Positions 10,530 through 22,343 of a stretch of DNA of 64,000 nucleotides are shown piece after piece. The first letter of the stretch is position 1. Each line of letters opens with the position of its first letter. Under the pieces are notes generated by a model that saw only the letters and a program-made list of their open reading frames with translations, had not been told where the DNA came from and searched no databases. Where the stretch lies: the NCBI GenBank assembly GCA_038087875.1, contig JAXLNO010000217.1, positions 1-64,000 on the forward strand. The letters run 5' to 3'. The DNA is from Malacoraja senta (Eukaryota). Position numbers and translations under genes: made by a program.

Positions 10530-11325
10530 GGTACACAAAAATGCTGGAGAAACTCAGCGGGTGCAGCAGCATCTATGGAGCGAAGGAAATAGGTAACGTT
10601 TCGGGCCGAAACCCTTCTTCAGACTGATAGGGGGTGGGGAGAAGAAAGGAAAAAAGGAAAAGGAGGAGGAGGAGCCCGAGGGCTGGGGGAGGGGAGGAGA
10701 CAACCAGAGGGCTGATGAAGGGGAGGGGACAGCCAGGGCTAGCAGAATTGGGAGAATTCAACGTTCAGGCCACCAGGATGTAGACTGCCCAAGCGGAATA
10801 TGAGGTGCATTTTCTCCAATTTACGGTGTTGCTCGCTGTGGCCATGGAGGAGACCCAGGACAGAGAGGTCAGATACGGAATGGGAGGGGGAGTTGAACCA
10901 ACCTGAACTCCCGGTGGCTCAGCACTTCAACTCCCCCTCCCATTCCGTATCTGACCTCTCTGTCCTGGGTCTCCTCCATGGCCACAGCGAGCAACACCGT
11001 AAATTGGAGGAAATGCACCTCATATTCCGCTTGGGCAGTCTACATCCTGGTGGCCTGAACGTTGAATTCTCCCAATTCTGCTAGCCCTGGCTGTCCCCTC
11101 CCCTTCATCAGCCCTCTGGTTGTCTCCTCCCCTCCCCCAGCCCTCGGGCTCCTCCTCCTCCTTTTCCTTTTTTCCTTTCTTCTCCCCACCCCCTATCAGT
11201 CTGAAGTAGGGTTTCGGCCCGAAACGTTACCTATTTCCTTCGCTCCATAGATGCTGCTGCACCCGCTGAGTTTCTCCAGCATTTTTGTGTACCTTCGATT
11301 TTCCAGCATCTGCAGTTCCTTCTTT
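10530..11325 (+). mobile_element. 5'-truncated Penelope-like element with inverted 5' duplication (fold-back)
   Basis: Encodes GIY-YIG C-terminus PVAQHFNSPSHSVSDLSVLGLL...RKLEEMHLIFRLGSLHPGGLNVEF. Arms 10530-10897 and 10926-11293 are inverted copies. 14-bp TSD aacatcaggtggac (10516-10529 / 11326-11339). Empty site in the paralog near 40290. Confidence 0.9.
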
Positions 11326-14079
11326 AACATCAGGTGGACAACAGACATGTGTCACGGAGTTATTAATCTGGGGATGGAGAGGGGAATTTCGTGAGGTGGG
11401 GGAGGGTGGACGAGTGCGGAGAGTGAGGAGGATTGCGAGATTGCGATGGGGATGGAAAAATGAAGCGGGCTATTCAGAGATGGAGGCATGTCGGAGAAGA
11501 AGATATTGAGGTGAGTAGCAATTTGAGGTTGTTAAAGTGGAGGTAGAGTTGTGGGGTGGGGTGGAGTCGCCATGATCATAGTGAATGGGGGTAGACATGA
11601 GGGGCCAGATGACCTGCTCCTGTTTCTTTGAGTGGAGGGTGAGAGAGAGGAAGGGGTGGCTTGGACCATGGAAGGAAGCAGAGGTTGAATGATCGGGTGT
11701 TAGACAGAATGGGTGGAGATGATTATATCCGAGTTAATAGCAAAATATTTTATAATTAGAATTGCATCAGTAAAGATTAATTTGACTTCTTTGGGTTCTG
11801 AGGAAACTAAAGCTTTGTAATTCTGTGCTGTACAGGAGCTGGGTAATCAGGAAGTTAGAGGGCGGCATTCAAGCTGCTTCCTGTTATGCCCAAGCAAAAA
11901 AACACATTTCAATAGTGAGAGAGGATGTATTTCCTGAGGTGGTAGCTTCTGTAAACAGAAGCCTTCTGGATGGTAGCTGACATCATGATTACATTGTTAA
12001 GACAGAATTGTAAGTAAATATTGACTAAGTTCCTGTTGTTTCGAAGTTTGTGATCAACAATTTGTGATTGATAGAACCACAAGATGACAATTATTGTATT
12101 AGTAACAAGAATACTTTGAATGGGTATACTCTGTGATTTATTTGTGTCAGACGTCACTGTTGCTACTCTGAATAAACATGTGACTACGTTTCCAAAATAC
12201 TATAAATTGATGCTGTATGGCTTTGTTCATTAGAGTGGTGGCTCGGTATCTGTTGTATACTTTACTTTGTATCCCTGGCACTCGCCGGCTAATGATCAGT
12301 AAAGCTTGTGTTGGTGTACCTAACCTATTGTGAGTTGTCTGTTTTAAGAAATGGACCTTAACAGAGACTTGTGGTTGTCAGGTCACCGAAAGAGAGGGGA
12401 TTCACAGGTGGATTTGATGGATTTGGACAACGAAGAGCACACTGATTTCATTTTTAACCAATACAGAACTTCACTGTGAGACTTGACAGTATAAGGCTGG
12501 TCCAGAAAGTAAAGGCAGGTGGGATCAAAGGCAAGCTGGTAAAATGGATCCAAAATTGGCTTGGTGGTTGGGTTGAATGTAGCGGGAGAAGGATGATATT
12601 TCTGCTTGGAGGTCTGTGACTGGTTGAGTGCAGCAGAGATTGGTGCTGCAACCTTTGCTGTTTATGTTATATTTTCATGGCTTGGATGTGAATGTAGGAG
12701 GTGTGATTAGTAAGTCTGTGGAGGACACAGAAATTGTGGATAGCAGCGAAGGTTGTCAAAATCTGCAGCAGGATATCGGGTAGATTATCAAAATCGTATT
12801 CGCATGCAGGGAGATCAGATCAAGAGAGTGCATTTTTATCATGAGAGCAAGGAATTTTAAAGTGGATCTGAGTTGGATGTTTTCTTTACACTGAGAGTGG
12901 GTGATATATGGAACATGCTCCAGAGGAGGTGGTGGAGTGAGACACAATCACTATATTTGAGGCACTTAAATACGTGAGGTGTAGAATACCGATGTCATGT
13001 TTCAAATCGATTAGTATATCTGGGGAAAAGGTGGCCATGGACACGATGGGCCAAAGGGCCTGATTCTGTAATGTACAACCATGGCTCTCAGCTTCAAGAG
13101 CACTGAATAACTGAGTCACCACAGCCACCGGTACAGGGTATTCCAAAGGTTCCCCAGTCTCTGCGTGCAGTAATGTCTCCTTATATCTGTCCTACATGGT
13201 GCAGCCCACATTCTGAGATGGTGCCTGTTCTCCAGACCCCTCAGACAGGGGAAACATCCTCCCTGCATCCAGCCCACTGAGCCCTGTAAGAATTTTGTGT
13301 TTCACTGAGATCTCCTCCTATACACCCAAACTCTTGAGTACACAGGCCTAGTCTACTCAATCTCACCCCGCACAGCAAACTCATTGTCCCAGGGACAAGT
13401 ATTGTTCATCTTTGCTGCATTTCCTCAGTGTCAAGTCTGTCAATTTATCTATACACAGGAGCATAGGAACACAAGAAAACAGGAGCAGTATTAGGATCTG
13501 CTCCTCAGGCTTACCCCTCCATTCAATGTGATCATGGCTGATCTAAGCTGGCACCAATTCCGCTTCTGTGTGAGTTCCCCATAATCTTAATTTTTCGATC
13601 TATCAAATATTTATTTTTAGCCAAGTTGCAGATATCCAATAACTCAGCTTTTCACCACAATCTTGGGCACCACATTCCAGATATTCACTGCCGAGAGATG
13701 CATTTTCTACATATGAGAGTCCGCTCTGGAAGGTTGGATCTCATGGAATCCGGAATGAACAAGCCGATGGAATACAACATTTACCTGAAGGTCGCAGACA
13801 GAGGATGTTGGTCGAGGGTCGTTTTTCAGACTGGAGACAGAGTCCACTGTTGTTCCTTATTTATATATACGATTGGGTGTGTATGTAGTTTGCACGGTTA
13901 GTCAGTTTGTAGATGAAGCTAAAATTGGTGACATTGTGGAGAGTGAAGAAAGTTATCTGAGAGTAAATGGGATCCCTGTGAACTGGGCCAATGGGCCCAG
14001 GAACGGCAGGTGGAATTTATTCCAGTGAAGGTGAGGTGATGCACTTTGCTGAGCCAAACCAGGGCAGGACATACACAGT

Positions 14080-14349
14080 ACGTTGCGTACGACGTCGAGA
14101 CGCTGCGTACGCCCGTCGAGGCGCTGCGTACGGCCTCAATGCGGCTGCGGGCCGACAGGCCGTTGTCGCACGGGATTTTCGGACAGTGCAAGATTATTGG
14201 AGCCCCGCGCGATGTCGGGACCAGCCCCGCACAACTCCATACGCCTCCGGTGATCGAAGTGGGACCGGCCCCGCGAGGCTGTACGCCTCAAGCGACCACG
14301 TTTGGTCGTGCTAGACGCATGCTATCGCATGCTGGTGGGACAGGCCCTT
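14080..14349. mobile_element. Harbinger-like MITE fragment, CpG-rich, single TIR
   Basis: Ends gtgggacaggccct|tta (same TIR core as 59232). No opposite TIR found. Confidence 0.6.
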
Positions 14350-15555
14350 TACTTACTTATTTTACCAGTAGATGGCGAGGGAGAGGCAGATTGGAAGATG
14401 AGGAGACGGATGTGAGTGAGTGGTAATTAGAGGTGGTTAAAGAGGATGTAGAGATGTGGGGTGGAGTTGCCGTGATCATTTAGCAAACGAGGTGTAGAAT
14501 AATACGGTTCTAAATGGGATTTGTGTGGCTGGGAAAAAAGGTGGACATGGATGCGATGGGCCGAAGGGCCTGACTTTGTAATGTACAGCCATGGCTCTCT
14601 GCTCCAAGAGCACTGAATGACTGATTATCTATAGCCACCGGTGCAGGGAATTCCAAAGGTTGCCCAGTCTCTGCGTGCAGTAATGTCTCCCTGTCTCTGT
14701 CCAAAATGGTCCAGCCCACATTCTGAGAGGATGTCCGCTGGTTCCAGACCCCTCAGACAGGGGAAACATCCTCCCTGCATCCAGCCCACTGAGTAGGGTA
14801 AGAACTTTGTGTTTCCCAGAGATCTCATCAAATACAATTGAACTCTCGAGCACACAGGCCGAGTCAACTCAATGTCACCCGCACAACAAATATCATTACG
14901 GAACCAAGTATTGCCAATCGTTGCTACACTCGTTTTGTGCAAAGGTTATCTTTGTACAAGTAGAAAAGAACAAAAGACAGGAAGAAAATAGGTGCGGAGT
15001 AGGCTCCGCCTCTATTTATACGAACGCTTTGTTTGGCTCTGATCGAATCCAGGGCGAGTTACACAATGGAGCACAACCGTGGTCTGAAGGTAGAAGACAG
15101 AGTGTGGTGGAGAAATGCTTTTCAGACTGCAGGCTCTCGCAAAGGGTGCGCCATAGAGCTCGACTCCATCTCCATTGTTGGTCGTTATTTATACGAACGC
15201 TTTGTATGAGTATGTGGGTGCCACGGTTAGTAGGTTTGTGGAGAACACTAAAATTGGAGGCGTCATGGAGAATGAATAAGGTGACCTGAGATGACATGTG
15301 ATCTTAATTAGCAGGTGTAATGGGCTGTAGAATGGAAGACAGAATTTTCTAAAGTCTAAAGATTGAGGGCATCAGTTTAAGGTGAGATGGTAAAGTTGGA
15401 AAAGGCATTGAATGTCAATGTTTTCAGACAATGGGCGGTAGAGAGATAGAACGATATGCCAGAGGCGGAGGTGAGTACAATTACGGTGTAATCTTTGCAT
15501 TTGTGGTACTTAAAGGTGTAATCAATAAGAAGAATGGAAACTGAACAAGTTTTAC

Positions 15556-15671
15556 CTTGCTTAATGGCACAAGTTTCTCTCCACAGCGTGTTCAACACAA
15601 AGTGGTGATGAATCTTTTCAATCGGCAAGGCACCATCGGTCACTAACAATGTACGAACGTCATCACTAACC
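15556..15671 (-). CDS. TRIM coding exon 5 (116 bp linker)
   Basis: tttgcag|G GTT AGT...AAG CAA G|gtaaaa. (R)VSDDVRTLLVTDGALPIEKIHHHFVLNTLWRETCAIKQ; phases match both neighbours. Confidence 0.87.
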
Positions 15672-15766
15672 CTGCAAATATTTAACAGCTTGTTAGAATC
15701 TGAGCTTCAACAATTTCGGAACTGTTCGACAAAACATGCAGCATTTCAATCAAGAGCGTGTCCTAC

Positions 15767-15789
15767 CTCCTTTTCCAACCGGCTGCCTC
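15767..15789 (-). CDS. TRIM coding exon 4 (23-bp micro-exon)
   Basis: tttcag|GAGGCAGCCGGTTGGAAAAGGAG|gtagga. A 23-bp exon is characteristic of this TRIM class and it keeps the frame. Confidence 0.85.
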
Positions 15790-16134
15790 CTGAAAGAAAT
15801 AAGACACACATCTGAATAACTGAGACAGAACTTCCACATCCCGACAGCAGAAATGGCACGCAGATTGCCACAAGATTCCCATTTACCAACTCTTATTGCG
15901 GCAGCCACACAGACATATAAAGGATATTTCCGTCGGGACAAAGAACCACGGGGGGAAACACAAGGAACGTACATGAAAATGACGCCATCATTGAGAGGGT
16001 GCAAGTTACGGGCAACAATGAGAAGGTGGTGGCTGTTATCTGAAGAAGGTGCCAGGGGACGTAGGGATGGGGCGATTTAAGATTATCTTTGGATTTAAAT
16101 GGGTGGGGGGACAAATAGTATTGCTACTTTTAGG

Positions 16135-16188
16135 GGGGTGGGAGATTGGAACCTTCACGTGGTCCGCCCTGTTTCGACTAATGCAATC
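16135..16188 (+). ncRNA. Putative minimal HDV-like ribozyme (one P2 mismatch)
   Basis: P1 GGGGUGG/CCGCCCU (U-A becomes U.G), P2 GAUUGGA/UGCAAUC (one G-G mismatch), P3 ACC/GGU, L3 UUCACGU, J4/2 CUAA. Confidence 0.65.
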
Positions 16189-16269
16189 AACGTGCACAAT
16201 CAAATAAGATCAAATAGAACAAGTTGTCCTACAACTTTAGGCTGTGCACGCCATACGCAAGAAGAAGCA
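16135..16269 (+). mobile_element. Short non-autonomous retroelement with 5' HDV-like ribozyme and Vingi/Ingi-like tail (copy 1)
   Basis: 12-bp TSD gctacttttagg (16123-16134 / 16270-16281). Ends ccatacgcaagaagaag. Homologous over its full length to 46696-46835. Confidence 0.85.
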
Positions 16270-17469
16270 GCTACTTTTAGGGAGACCAAAATTCAAAGAT
16301 GAAATATGGGATGGCCTTTAATAAATCCCAATAGTCATGCAGCAAAGGGAACGTGGAACTCATTCGCACAAAAGTGGCCGAAGCCAATATTGGAGATATA
16401 TTGAAGAGGAAGCAGGATAAGCACAAGAGGTTTCCCCGTGCTTGCCCCAATTTCTGCATGTTCAATTCATGGATGACAGATGATAAATGATGATGTCTGC
16501 GCCACGTTCTAGATTTCAATGTTAATCCCCACAATGTGGTCATGGCTAATCTTGCCCAGGGAGAACTCCCCCTTTTTCCCCATTCCCCTCATGTTCTATT
16601 CCTGGAAATTTAAAAAAAAAAAGTCTCTCCTTCTGGTTCAAATACTGCTCACAGTTTCAATCCCCAAAAGTCTCTGGGTTGGAGAATTACAGAGATTCAC
16701 TTATCTCTATCCAGTCGTGTACCTTGGGGACGATGATGTAACGACTCTTCATTCTTTTCAACTGCAAGGAATATCGGTCCAACCCCTGCAGATGAGACAA
16801 GCCCCCCCCCCCCTCATCCTGCAATTATCCCGGTGATTCGCCTCTGTGTTGCCTCCAATGCTGTAACATCATTTCATGGTTAAGGTCATGAAATCTACGC
16901 AAAATGCTCTCGATGTGGGTCGGATAATTGTGACTACCCCCCCCCCCTACAAGATTCTACAAGTATATTATCAGCTGAAGAATAACCGGGGGAACTATTC
17001 CCCTTTAAGAGCAAAAAGGATAACTTGGGATGGAACAGGTCCAATTAAGTGCTGTTAAGGAAGACAAATTCCAATGAGTATCCCAGGCTAAAATTATTCG
17101 ACTGCCTTCACCGGGATGTTCTAACACCACAAACTCCTTTTCCTCTAATGCTGAACATACAGAAGACTTTCCCCAATTGGTCTTATGATTCCTGCAGATT
17201 TTCCTTCTATTCGAAATATATTACACGATCACTAACTCAGTGACAAGATCACCGTGACCCTTTCTCAAGGAGTTTGCAGGCTGTCCTGAGATCCCATAGT
17301 TTATGCAGGAGGCCATTGTGTTTTGGACCAAAGCAGCACATCGCTGGAACAGACGGAACATTGACCCAGCTCTGATTTACTGGTAAATGATGCATTAATT
17401 TCAGAAATGTCACCCACCATGTTGTGACTGTGCAGTTTCACTTCGCCTAACTGTAGCGTAACCACTCAC

Positions 17470-17703
17470 CTTCAGAAATATCCCGTTGTCTTTTTGATCT
17501 ATCTGTCCCTGCAACGTTGAGAGTTCCTTTTGGATGGAATTTAAATTCGCTTGAATCTCTTGAAGCCTTTTCTCCATTGCGTTCCGAATTTTCTCCTCTT
17601 CTTCCCGGATATCTGCGAGTACACGTCGCTCTTTCTCAGTGAAAATCTGGTGCAGTTCAGCAAACTGGGATGTGATCTGTGACTGAAGGTTGTGTGACTG
17701 TTC
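17470..17703 (-). CDS. TRIM coding exon 3 (coiled coil, 234 bp)
   Basis: ttcacag|GAACAG...CTGAAG|gtgagt. EQSHNLQSQITSQFAELHQIFTEKERRVLADIREEEEKIRNAMEKRLQEIQANLNSIQKELSTLQGQIDQKDNGIFLK, open, phase 0-0. Confidence 0.92.
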
Positions 17704-18604
17704 CTGTGAAATGAAAGGTGAAGATCAAGATATAATGTCACTGTATTGTGTTTCCTCACGATATGCGAGGGGATAGTTGGCCAATCAACCTGGTGGCGTG
17801 GAGAACAGGAATAAGCCATTTGGCCCAACATGTCCATGCTGCCGACCGTAGTAATCTAGAATAGTGCCACATTCACTTGGATTTAATCCGTATCTTTAAT
17901 TACCGTGGGAATTCAAATCCTTGTCCAAATGCTTCTGAAATGTTGTGAAAGTAATCTACAAATCCAACCTTCCCACTCACACAGTCCAATTCACTGCAGC
18001 TTATTCCAGTTCGCCTGCTTGTTCATTCCCACTCATTCGCCCACCACCCACTTTCACGAACACAACATACAGTTACGGTCTGGTCATCAAACCTGCTCAC
18101 TTTGGGATGTGGAATGAATCCCACGCTGTCAAAGGGAGAACGCGTGAATAACACGGACAGCACCGAGGTCAAACTGGAACCACGGCACCAGAACAAGGAG
18201 ACACCAGCAAGGCGTATTTGTTATATCTGACTCAACCACCTCCTCTGGCAGTTCGTTCCATGCACCCTGTGTGAAAAAGATGCGCCTTAATTCGTAGGAA
18301 ATCTTTCTCCTCACTCATTAAACCTATGTCCCCTGCTTCTTGATTCCGCTGCTAAGGATAAAAGTGGACAGTTCACAAGATATAGATGTAGAATAAGTTG
18401 ATTCGGCCCATCAATTCTACTCCGCCACTCATTCATAGCTGATCTCTGCCTCCTAATCCCATATTCCTGCCTTCTCCCTATAACCCTGACACCCTTTCCA
18501 GTCAAAAAATGGTCTCTCTGTGCCTCAAAAACATCCACTGACTTCGCCTCCACAACCCTCTGCGGCAATTAGTTCCAAAGATTAATTACCCTCTGACAAA
18601 ATAT

Positions 18605-18895
18605 GTTTAGTTTTTTTTAGTTTAGAGATACAATGCGAAATCAGGCCCTTCAGCCCACCGGGTCCGCGCCCACCAGCAATCCCCACACATTAACAATTTT
18701 TACATTTACCAAGCCAATTAACCTACAACCCTGCACGTCTTTGGAGCGTGGGAGGAACCCGACGATCTCGGAGAAAACGTCACGGGGAGAACGTACAAAC
18801 TCCATGCAGACACCACCCATAGTCGGGATCCAACCCGGGTCTCCGGCGCTGCATTCGCTGTAAGGCAGCAACTCTACCGCTGCACCACCATGACC
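18605..18895 (-). mobile_element. tRNA-derived SINE
   Basis: Full-length match to 141-437. Confidence 0.85.
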
Positions 18896-19079
18896 GCTTT
18901 TCTAAGTTCCTCCTCACCTCCTTTCTAAAAGAGCGCCCTTTAATTCTAAGGCTACGACCTCTGGTCCTGCTGTCCCACTAGTGGAAACATCCTTTCCACA
19001 TCCACTCTATCTACTGTCAGTACCTGCCTGCCCAGTCTCTATCTCTATAGCTCCAACCCTCATCTCTTGATAAAGGACC

Positions 19080-21382
19080 TCGAGGATTTGATAAAGGACC
19101 TCGAGATTAATAAGCCATTAGGAGGTTGTGACCATAATATGGTCAGGTTTAATCTACAATTGGAGAGGGAGAAGGGTATATCGGAGGTGTCAGTGTTGCA
19201 GTTGAATAAAGGGGACTATGGGGCCATGAGGGAGGAGCTAGCCAAAGTTGACTGGAAAGATACACTAGCACGGATGACAGTGGAACAAAAATGGCAGGTA
19301 TTTCTAGGAATAATACAGAAGGTGCAGGATCAGTTCATTCCTCGGAGGAAGAACGATTCCAAGGGGAGTAAGGGGCGACCGAGGCTGACAAGGGACATCA
19401 GGGACAGTATAAAAATAAAAGAGAAGAAGTAGAACATAGCAAAGATGAGCGGGAAGCAAGAGGATTGGGTAATGTTTAAAGAGCAACGGAAGATAACCAA
19501 AAAGACAATACGGGGAGAAAAGTTGAGGTACGAAGGTAAGCTAGCCAAGAATATAAAGGAGGATAGGAAAAGCTTCTTTAGGTATGTGAAGAGAAAAACA
19601 TTATTTAAGACTCTTGGACCATTGAAGACCGAAAAATTTGAATTTATTACGGGGAACAAGGAAATGGCAGATGAGTTGAACAGGTACTTTGGATCCGTCT
19701 TCACTAAGGAGGACACAAACAATCTTCCTGATATAGTAGTGGCAAAAGGAACTGTGGTAAGGGAGGAACTGAAGGAAATCCCCATTAGGCAGGAAAGGGT
19801 GTTGGGTAGACTGATGGGACTGAAGGCTGATAAATCCCCAGGGCCTGATGGTCTGCATCCCTGGGTACTTAAGGAAGTTGCTCTAGAAATCGTGGATGCA
19901 TTGGTGATAATTTTCCAATGTTCTATTGACTCAGGATCAGTTCCAGTGGATTGGAGGGTAGCTAATGTTATCAAACTTTTTAAGAAAGGCGGGAGAGAGA
20001 AAACAGGGAATTATAGACCGGTTAGCCTGACATCGGTGGTGGGGAAGATGCTGGAGTCAATTATAAAAGATGAAATAGCTGCACATTTGGATAGCAGTAA
20101 CAGGATCGGTTCGAGTCAGCATGGATTTATGAAGGGGAAATCATGCTTGACTAATCTTCTGGAATTTTTTGAAGACGTAACTAGGAAAATGGACTAGGGA
20201 GATCCAGTGGATATAGTGTACCTGGACTTTCTGAAAGCATTTGATAAGGTCCCACATAGAAGATTAGTGGGCAAAATTAGGGCACATGGTATTGGGGGTA
20301 GAGTGCTGACATGGATAGAAAATTGGTTGGCAGACAGGAAACAAAGAATAGGGATTAACGGGTCCCTTTCAGAATGGTAGGGAGTGACCAGTGGGGTACC
20401 GCAACGCTTGGTGCTGGGACCGCAGCTATTTACAATATGCACCAATGATTTGGATGAAGGGATTGAAAGTAACATTAGCAAATTTGCAGATGACACAAAG
20501 CTGGGTGGCAGAGAGAACAGTGAGGAGGATGCTATGAGAATGCAGGGTGACTTGGACAGGTTGGGAGAGTGGGCAGATGCCTGGCAAATGAAGTTAATGT
20601 GGATAAATGTGAGGTCATCCACTTTGGTATCAAAAACAGGAAGGCAGATTACTATCTAAATGGCGTCAAGTTGGGAAAAGGGGAAGTACAACGGGATCTG
20701 TGGGTCCTTGTTCATCAGTCTATGAAATTTAGCATGCAGGTACAGCAGGCAGTGAAGTAAGCGAATGGCATGTTGGCCTTCATAACAAGAGGAGTGGAGT
20801 ATAGGAACAAAGAGGTCCTTCTGCAGTTGTACAGAGCCCTAGTGAGATCACACTTGGAGTATTGTGCGCAGTTTTGGTCCCCTAATTTGTGGAAGGACAT
20901 TCTTGCTATTGAGGGAGTGCAGCGTAGGTTTACAAGGTTAATTCCCGGGTTGGCGGGACTGTCATATGCTGAGAGAATGGAGCGGCTGGGCTTGTACACT
21001 CTGGAGTTTAGAAGGATGAGAGGGCATCTTATTGAAACATATAAGATTGTTAAGGGTTTGGACACACTAGAGGCAGGAAAAATCTTCCCGATGTTGGGGG
21101 TCCAGAACCAGGGGCCACAGTTTAAGAATAAGGTGAAAGCCATTTAGAACGGAGACGAGGAAACACGTTTTCTCACAGAGATTTGTGAGTCTGTGGAATT
21201 CTCTGCCTCAGAGGGTGGTGGAGGGCAGGTTATCTGGATGCTCTCAAGAGAGAGCTAGATAGGGTTCTTAAAGATAGCAGAGTCAGGGGATATGGGGAGA
21301 AGGCAGGATCGGGGTACTGATTGGGGATTATCAGTGGCTCGAAGGGCCGAATGGCCTACTCCTGCACCTGTTGTCTATTGTC
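19080..21382 (+). mobile_element. CR1 LINE, 5'-truncated, degraded ORF2 in TRIM intron 2
   Basis: KSPGPDGLHP, NYRPVSLTSVVGK, KFADDTKLGG, LEFRRMRG, plus the typical 3' UTR ggctcgaagggccgaatggcctactcctgcacc. Confidence 0.92.
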
Positions 21383-21464
21383 TTGTGCTGTTGAGAGGTG
21401 TCCTAAAGTTGCACGCATCACATTGATTAAAACTACACAGGAAATCGAAATTGGAAAACCTCAC

Positions 21465-21560
21465 CAGAACAACAGAAATCTTCTCTTTCTGTCGCTGCTC
21501 CATTTGCTCGATCTCTGATTTCTTTTTTGTGAGAGATTGGAAGGAAGATTTCACCTGATC
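21465..21560 (-). CDS. TRIM coding exon 2 (coiled coil, 96 bp)
   Basis: cag|GATCAG...GTTCTG|gtgagg. DQVKSSFQSLTKKKSEIEQMEQRQKEKISVVL; a 96-bp exon is typical of B30.2 TRIMs. Confidence 0.92.
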
Positions 21561-21650
21561 CTGGAGTTGGGTTTCAGATCAGAGAAGAAAAAAGTCAGAA
21601 ATTAAACAAAACATGACACAATGATGTGATCAATATCGGTTTGCTTTTAC

Positions 21651-22061
21651 CTTGTAGATTTCAACACCTTCATCTATCGGCATGAAGCTGTGATCTCTGT
21701 GTTCCCGCGCATCTCGACAAACCAGGCAGATCAGCTTCTTGTCCGTTTCACAAAACAGCTTCAGTTCTTCCTGATGTTTCTCGCAGTGAGGTTTACTTTC
21801 CTTCTCTGTCCGATTCAGGCTCAGTGTTCGAGCTTTCTCAGACAGTCTCGCCAAGGCCCGATTTACTTTGAGGGTGCGGTCTGTAAACTCCTCTCTACAT
21901 TCCGGGCAGGAGTTTCTCCCCTCCCTGTCCCAACTCTGTGTGATACAGGAGCGGCAGAAGATGTGGCCACACTCCAGTATAACCGGATCGGTGAAGAAAT
22001 CCAGGCAGATGGGACAAATTATCTCCTCGGTTAAACTCTCGACCTGGTCTTTCGAAGCCAT
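21651..22061 (-). CDS. TRIM E3 ligase (RING-B-box-CC-PRY/SPRY), coding exon 1: RING + B-box2
   Basis: ATG at 22061, MASKDQVESLTEEIICPICLDFFTDPVILECGHIFCRSCITQSW..CPECR (C3HC4 RING) then CEKHQEELKLFCETDKKLICLVCRDAREHRDH (B-box2). Ends VEIYK|gtaaaa, 411 bp, phase 0. Confidence 0.95.
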
Positions 22062-22136
22062 TTTAACTTCCTCCACTTCCTGGTTCAAAATGATTTCACT
22101 GACGTGGGGCTGCTGAATATGGGAGGTCACGTGACC

Positions 22137-22283
22137 GTCACGGTGGCGCAGCGGTAGAGTTGCTGCCCTTACAGCGAAGGCAGCGCCGGAGTCGCGGGTT
22201 CGATCCCGTCGACGGGTGCTGTCTGTACAGAGTTTGAACGTTCTCCCGTGATCTGCGTGAGATTTCTCCGAGATATTCGGTTC
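22137..22283 (+). mobile_element. tRNA-derived SINE 5' half, just upstream of the TRIM ATG
   Basis: gtcacggtggcgcagcggtag (A box), gggttcgatccc (B box). Confidence 0.85.
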
Positions 22284-22303
22284 TTCAGATGCTTAGTAAA
22301 TGA

Positions 22304-22343
<40 letters not shown>

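Noticed and set aside
21630..22130. ORF-track start at 22130 and read-through to 21630
   Set aside because: The ATG at 22061 and the GT donor at 21650 fit the TRIM exon structure better.
22137..22215. tRNA gene
   Set aside because: It has A/B boxes but continues into the SINE body seen in many other copies; no acceptor-stem closure.
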